A DNA stretch of 63,137 nucleotides, counting the filler, from Atractiella rhizophila (lineage: Eukaryota): assembly GCA_021432655.1 (NCBI GenBank). It is 8 parts of 7 records of this genome, joined end to end, with 100 filler letters (N's around TTAATTAATTAA, not from the genome) between each part and the next. Parts side by side here need not be neighbours in the genome. Positions count along the whole stretch, not along the records: positions 61,313 to 63,137 come from MU272024.1; 7 more parts are not named here. One strand, written 5' to 3'. The notes below the pieces were generated by a model, which was given only the letters and a program-made list of their open reading frames with translations, did no database searches and had not been told where the DNA came from. Of the stretch, positions 61,313 to 63,137 are shown piece by piece. Each line of letters begins with the position of its first letter. Within the stretch, counting starts at the first letter, position 1. Made by a program: the position numbers and the translations under genes.

Positions 61313-63137
61313 AAACACGGGAAGATGATGTGGTTCGTCCAATCATCCCGCTACAACATGAAACCTGTTCTGAAGGTTTTTGCATTGGTGCAGCGAACTG
61401 TGCACGCGAAACAAGAAGATTTTTGCTCACGAACACACCCTCTTCACGGCTCAACAACTCTCATCGCACAATCGAATCGGCGATTCACCTTCCAACTCAC
61501 AAGGTTTTCGTGGCCATCCCCCCTGCGAATTTTGCCAAATCGACTTCTATGACAACGATGCACTCTTCGCACACTGTCGGGACATGCATGAACAATGCTT
61601 TATCTGCGTCAAGAATGGGACTGGGACATGGAAGTATTTTCTTGACTATAATATGCTTGAAGAACATTTCAGAGAAGAGCATCACCCTTGCCCCAACCCA
61701 GATTGTAGGGATAAGAAATTCGTCGTCTTTGAAAACGAGCTTGATCTTAAAGGCCATATCCTGGACGTCCATGGAATTGGAGATAAAAAGGAAATGAAGG
61801 ATCTTAGACGAGTCGAAGTCGCATTCACATATGGAAGGGAGGGTGAAGCCAGCGGAAGTGGCAATGGTGCTTCCGGATCAGGAACTGGCGGAAGGAGAGG
61901 AAGGGGCAGGGCAGACAGAAGGGAGGAAATTCAGGTCCCAGCTGAACCGCTGGGGAGAGAGGGCAGGCATGTCCCCGGTCTTGGGAACAGGCAGAAGAGC
62001 TTCAGAGGCAACTTGTCGCAGGAGAATCCCGAAGCTTCTACTGGCAACTCTGCAGACCCCCTGGCTGGAGATGTTTTAGAGTGAGCGTTGTCCGCTCCAT
62101 CGCGCGAACGACACATAGCTAAATGTTGGGCGGTAGGCAACATGGTGCATTTCTCAGAAGATTTTCAGAAATAACAGGAAATTCAGAAACAAAATTGAGT
62201 GCCTTCAAATCTGCCGGTTCGTCAGTCTCCTCCTTTTGTCGATATTAACTCACAAATGTGTTCCAGTCCGGTCGTTTCGGAACAGCGAGATCCCCGCGTC
62301 TGACTTAGTAGACACAGTTTTCAACCTGTTGGACCGTCAACATGAAGCCGCCGAGTCGACGATTTTTGGCTTAGCAGATTTGTTAGACAACGATGAAAAG
62401 AGAGTGGACGTACGAAATGCTTGGAGGGAGTTTCGGAATGTTGTATGCTCACTCACTTTTTCCATATCCAGGAAGCAGGCGTCTAACCTCTGTCACTAGC
62501 ATTACTCCTTCCCTGCCTTACCGGGGTCTTCTTCAGCTGGCCCAGTGCCTCCTCCATCGTCTTCAGCTCAAAGGACCGACTTCCCAGCCTTGACAGCCAT
62601 CGCTCCTGTCGCAAATGGACAGCCAGCCAATGTCGCCTCTTTGCGCAACATGAGTTTACCTCGATATTCTCGTTCAGGAGCACAATCTTCTGTCCTAGCA
62701 CGAGTGGAGCAAGCCGCAAAATCTTCTCGCGCGGTCCCAGGCATGTCAGGGTTTAAGAGCAACTTTCCCTCCCTATCTGGTACCTCTACGCCCATCCCTT
62801 CAACCTCGAAAGCACCAATATGGAAGACGACACCGGTGAACGCTGTGCCGACGTCTCTACCATCCTCGTCCCGTCCACAACCAACCAGGGAACCGCATGT
62901 CACACCAGCGAGCGGGAAAGGGCCACAGTTCTCGCTGAAAACCAAAGACGCGTTCCCCAGTTTACCGAGTAGCAATAACGATCGCCAAGCGAGGTTGAAG
63001 GCAGCACTGGGTCCCCCAGACGCAGACATCACTACACCTTTCCCTCCAGATAAGCCTTCCGGACTTAGTAGTTGGGGTGCCTCAACTGCGAAGGCGACGC
63101 CTAGAGATCCTCCTCCTCTTCCTCAGCCGCCACCGCC
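61313..63137 (+). CDS. HEL2: E3 ubiquitin ligase Hel2/ZNF598, partial at both ends
   Basis: LCTRNKKIFAHEH, GFRGHPPCEFC..FYDNDALFAHCRDMHEQCFIC, HFREEHHPC..CRDKKFVVFENELDLKGH, repeated FPSL/FPAL motifs. Confidence 0.9.

Noticed and set aside
1..63137. rRNA, tRNA, CRISPR or prokaryotic systems
   Set aside because: None recognised by eye; content is spliced eukaryotic genes. A tRNAscan-SE/Infernal run would be needed to exclude small RNAs.

Overview
Intron-rich fungal DNA (basidiomycete-like; ~50-nt GT-AG introns). The window is not one locus: eight unrelated pieces are joined by seven 100-nt artificial spacers (N44-TTAATTAATTAA-N44), and there are four ordinary scaffold gaps. Recognisable genes: PH-ArfGAP, an Sds3-like protein, glycogen debranching enzyme, DUF3500, Nha1-type Na+/H+ antiporter, Pep7/Vac1-like FYVE protein, DNA ligase IV, a GNAT, CK2 alpha, an AA7/BBE-like FAD oxidase, a PhoD-like protein, Slt11/RBM22, a GPI cupredoxin, GST, cupin, an ARMH3-like protein, Bud22, two VOC/glyoxalase paralogues and Hel2/ZNF598. 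There are also copia and non-LTR relics. The most striking signal is two mirror segments (reversed but not complemented), each starting exactly at the right edge of an N gap. 33162-34529 is a 1368-nt backwards copy of the CK2 gene (29653-31020). 39062-39484 holds the missing exons of the PhoD-like gene, readable only as the left-to-right complement. Both are most likely gap-extension artefacts, not biology. I found no convincing new biological system. The best biological leads are an RGG plus DXO/Rai1-like protein, an EKKGWF-repeat membrane protein, two oversized introns and a frameshifted divergent CK2. Multi-exon CDS coordinates are gene spans read by eye.
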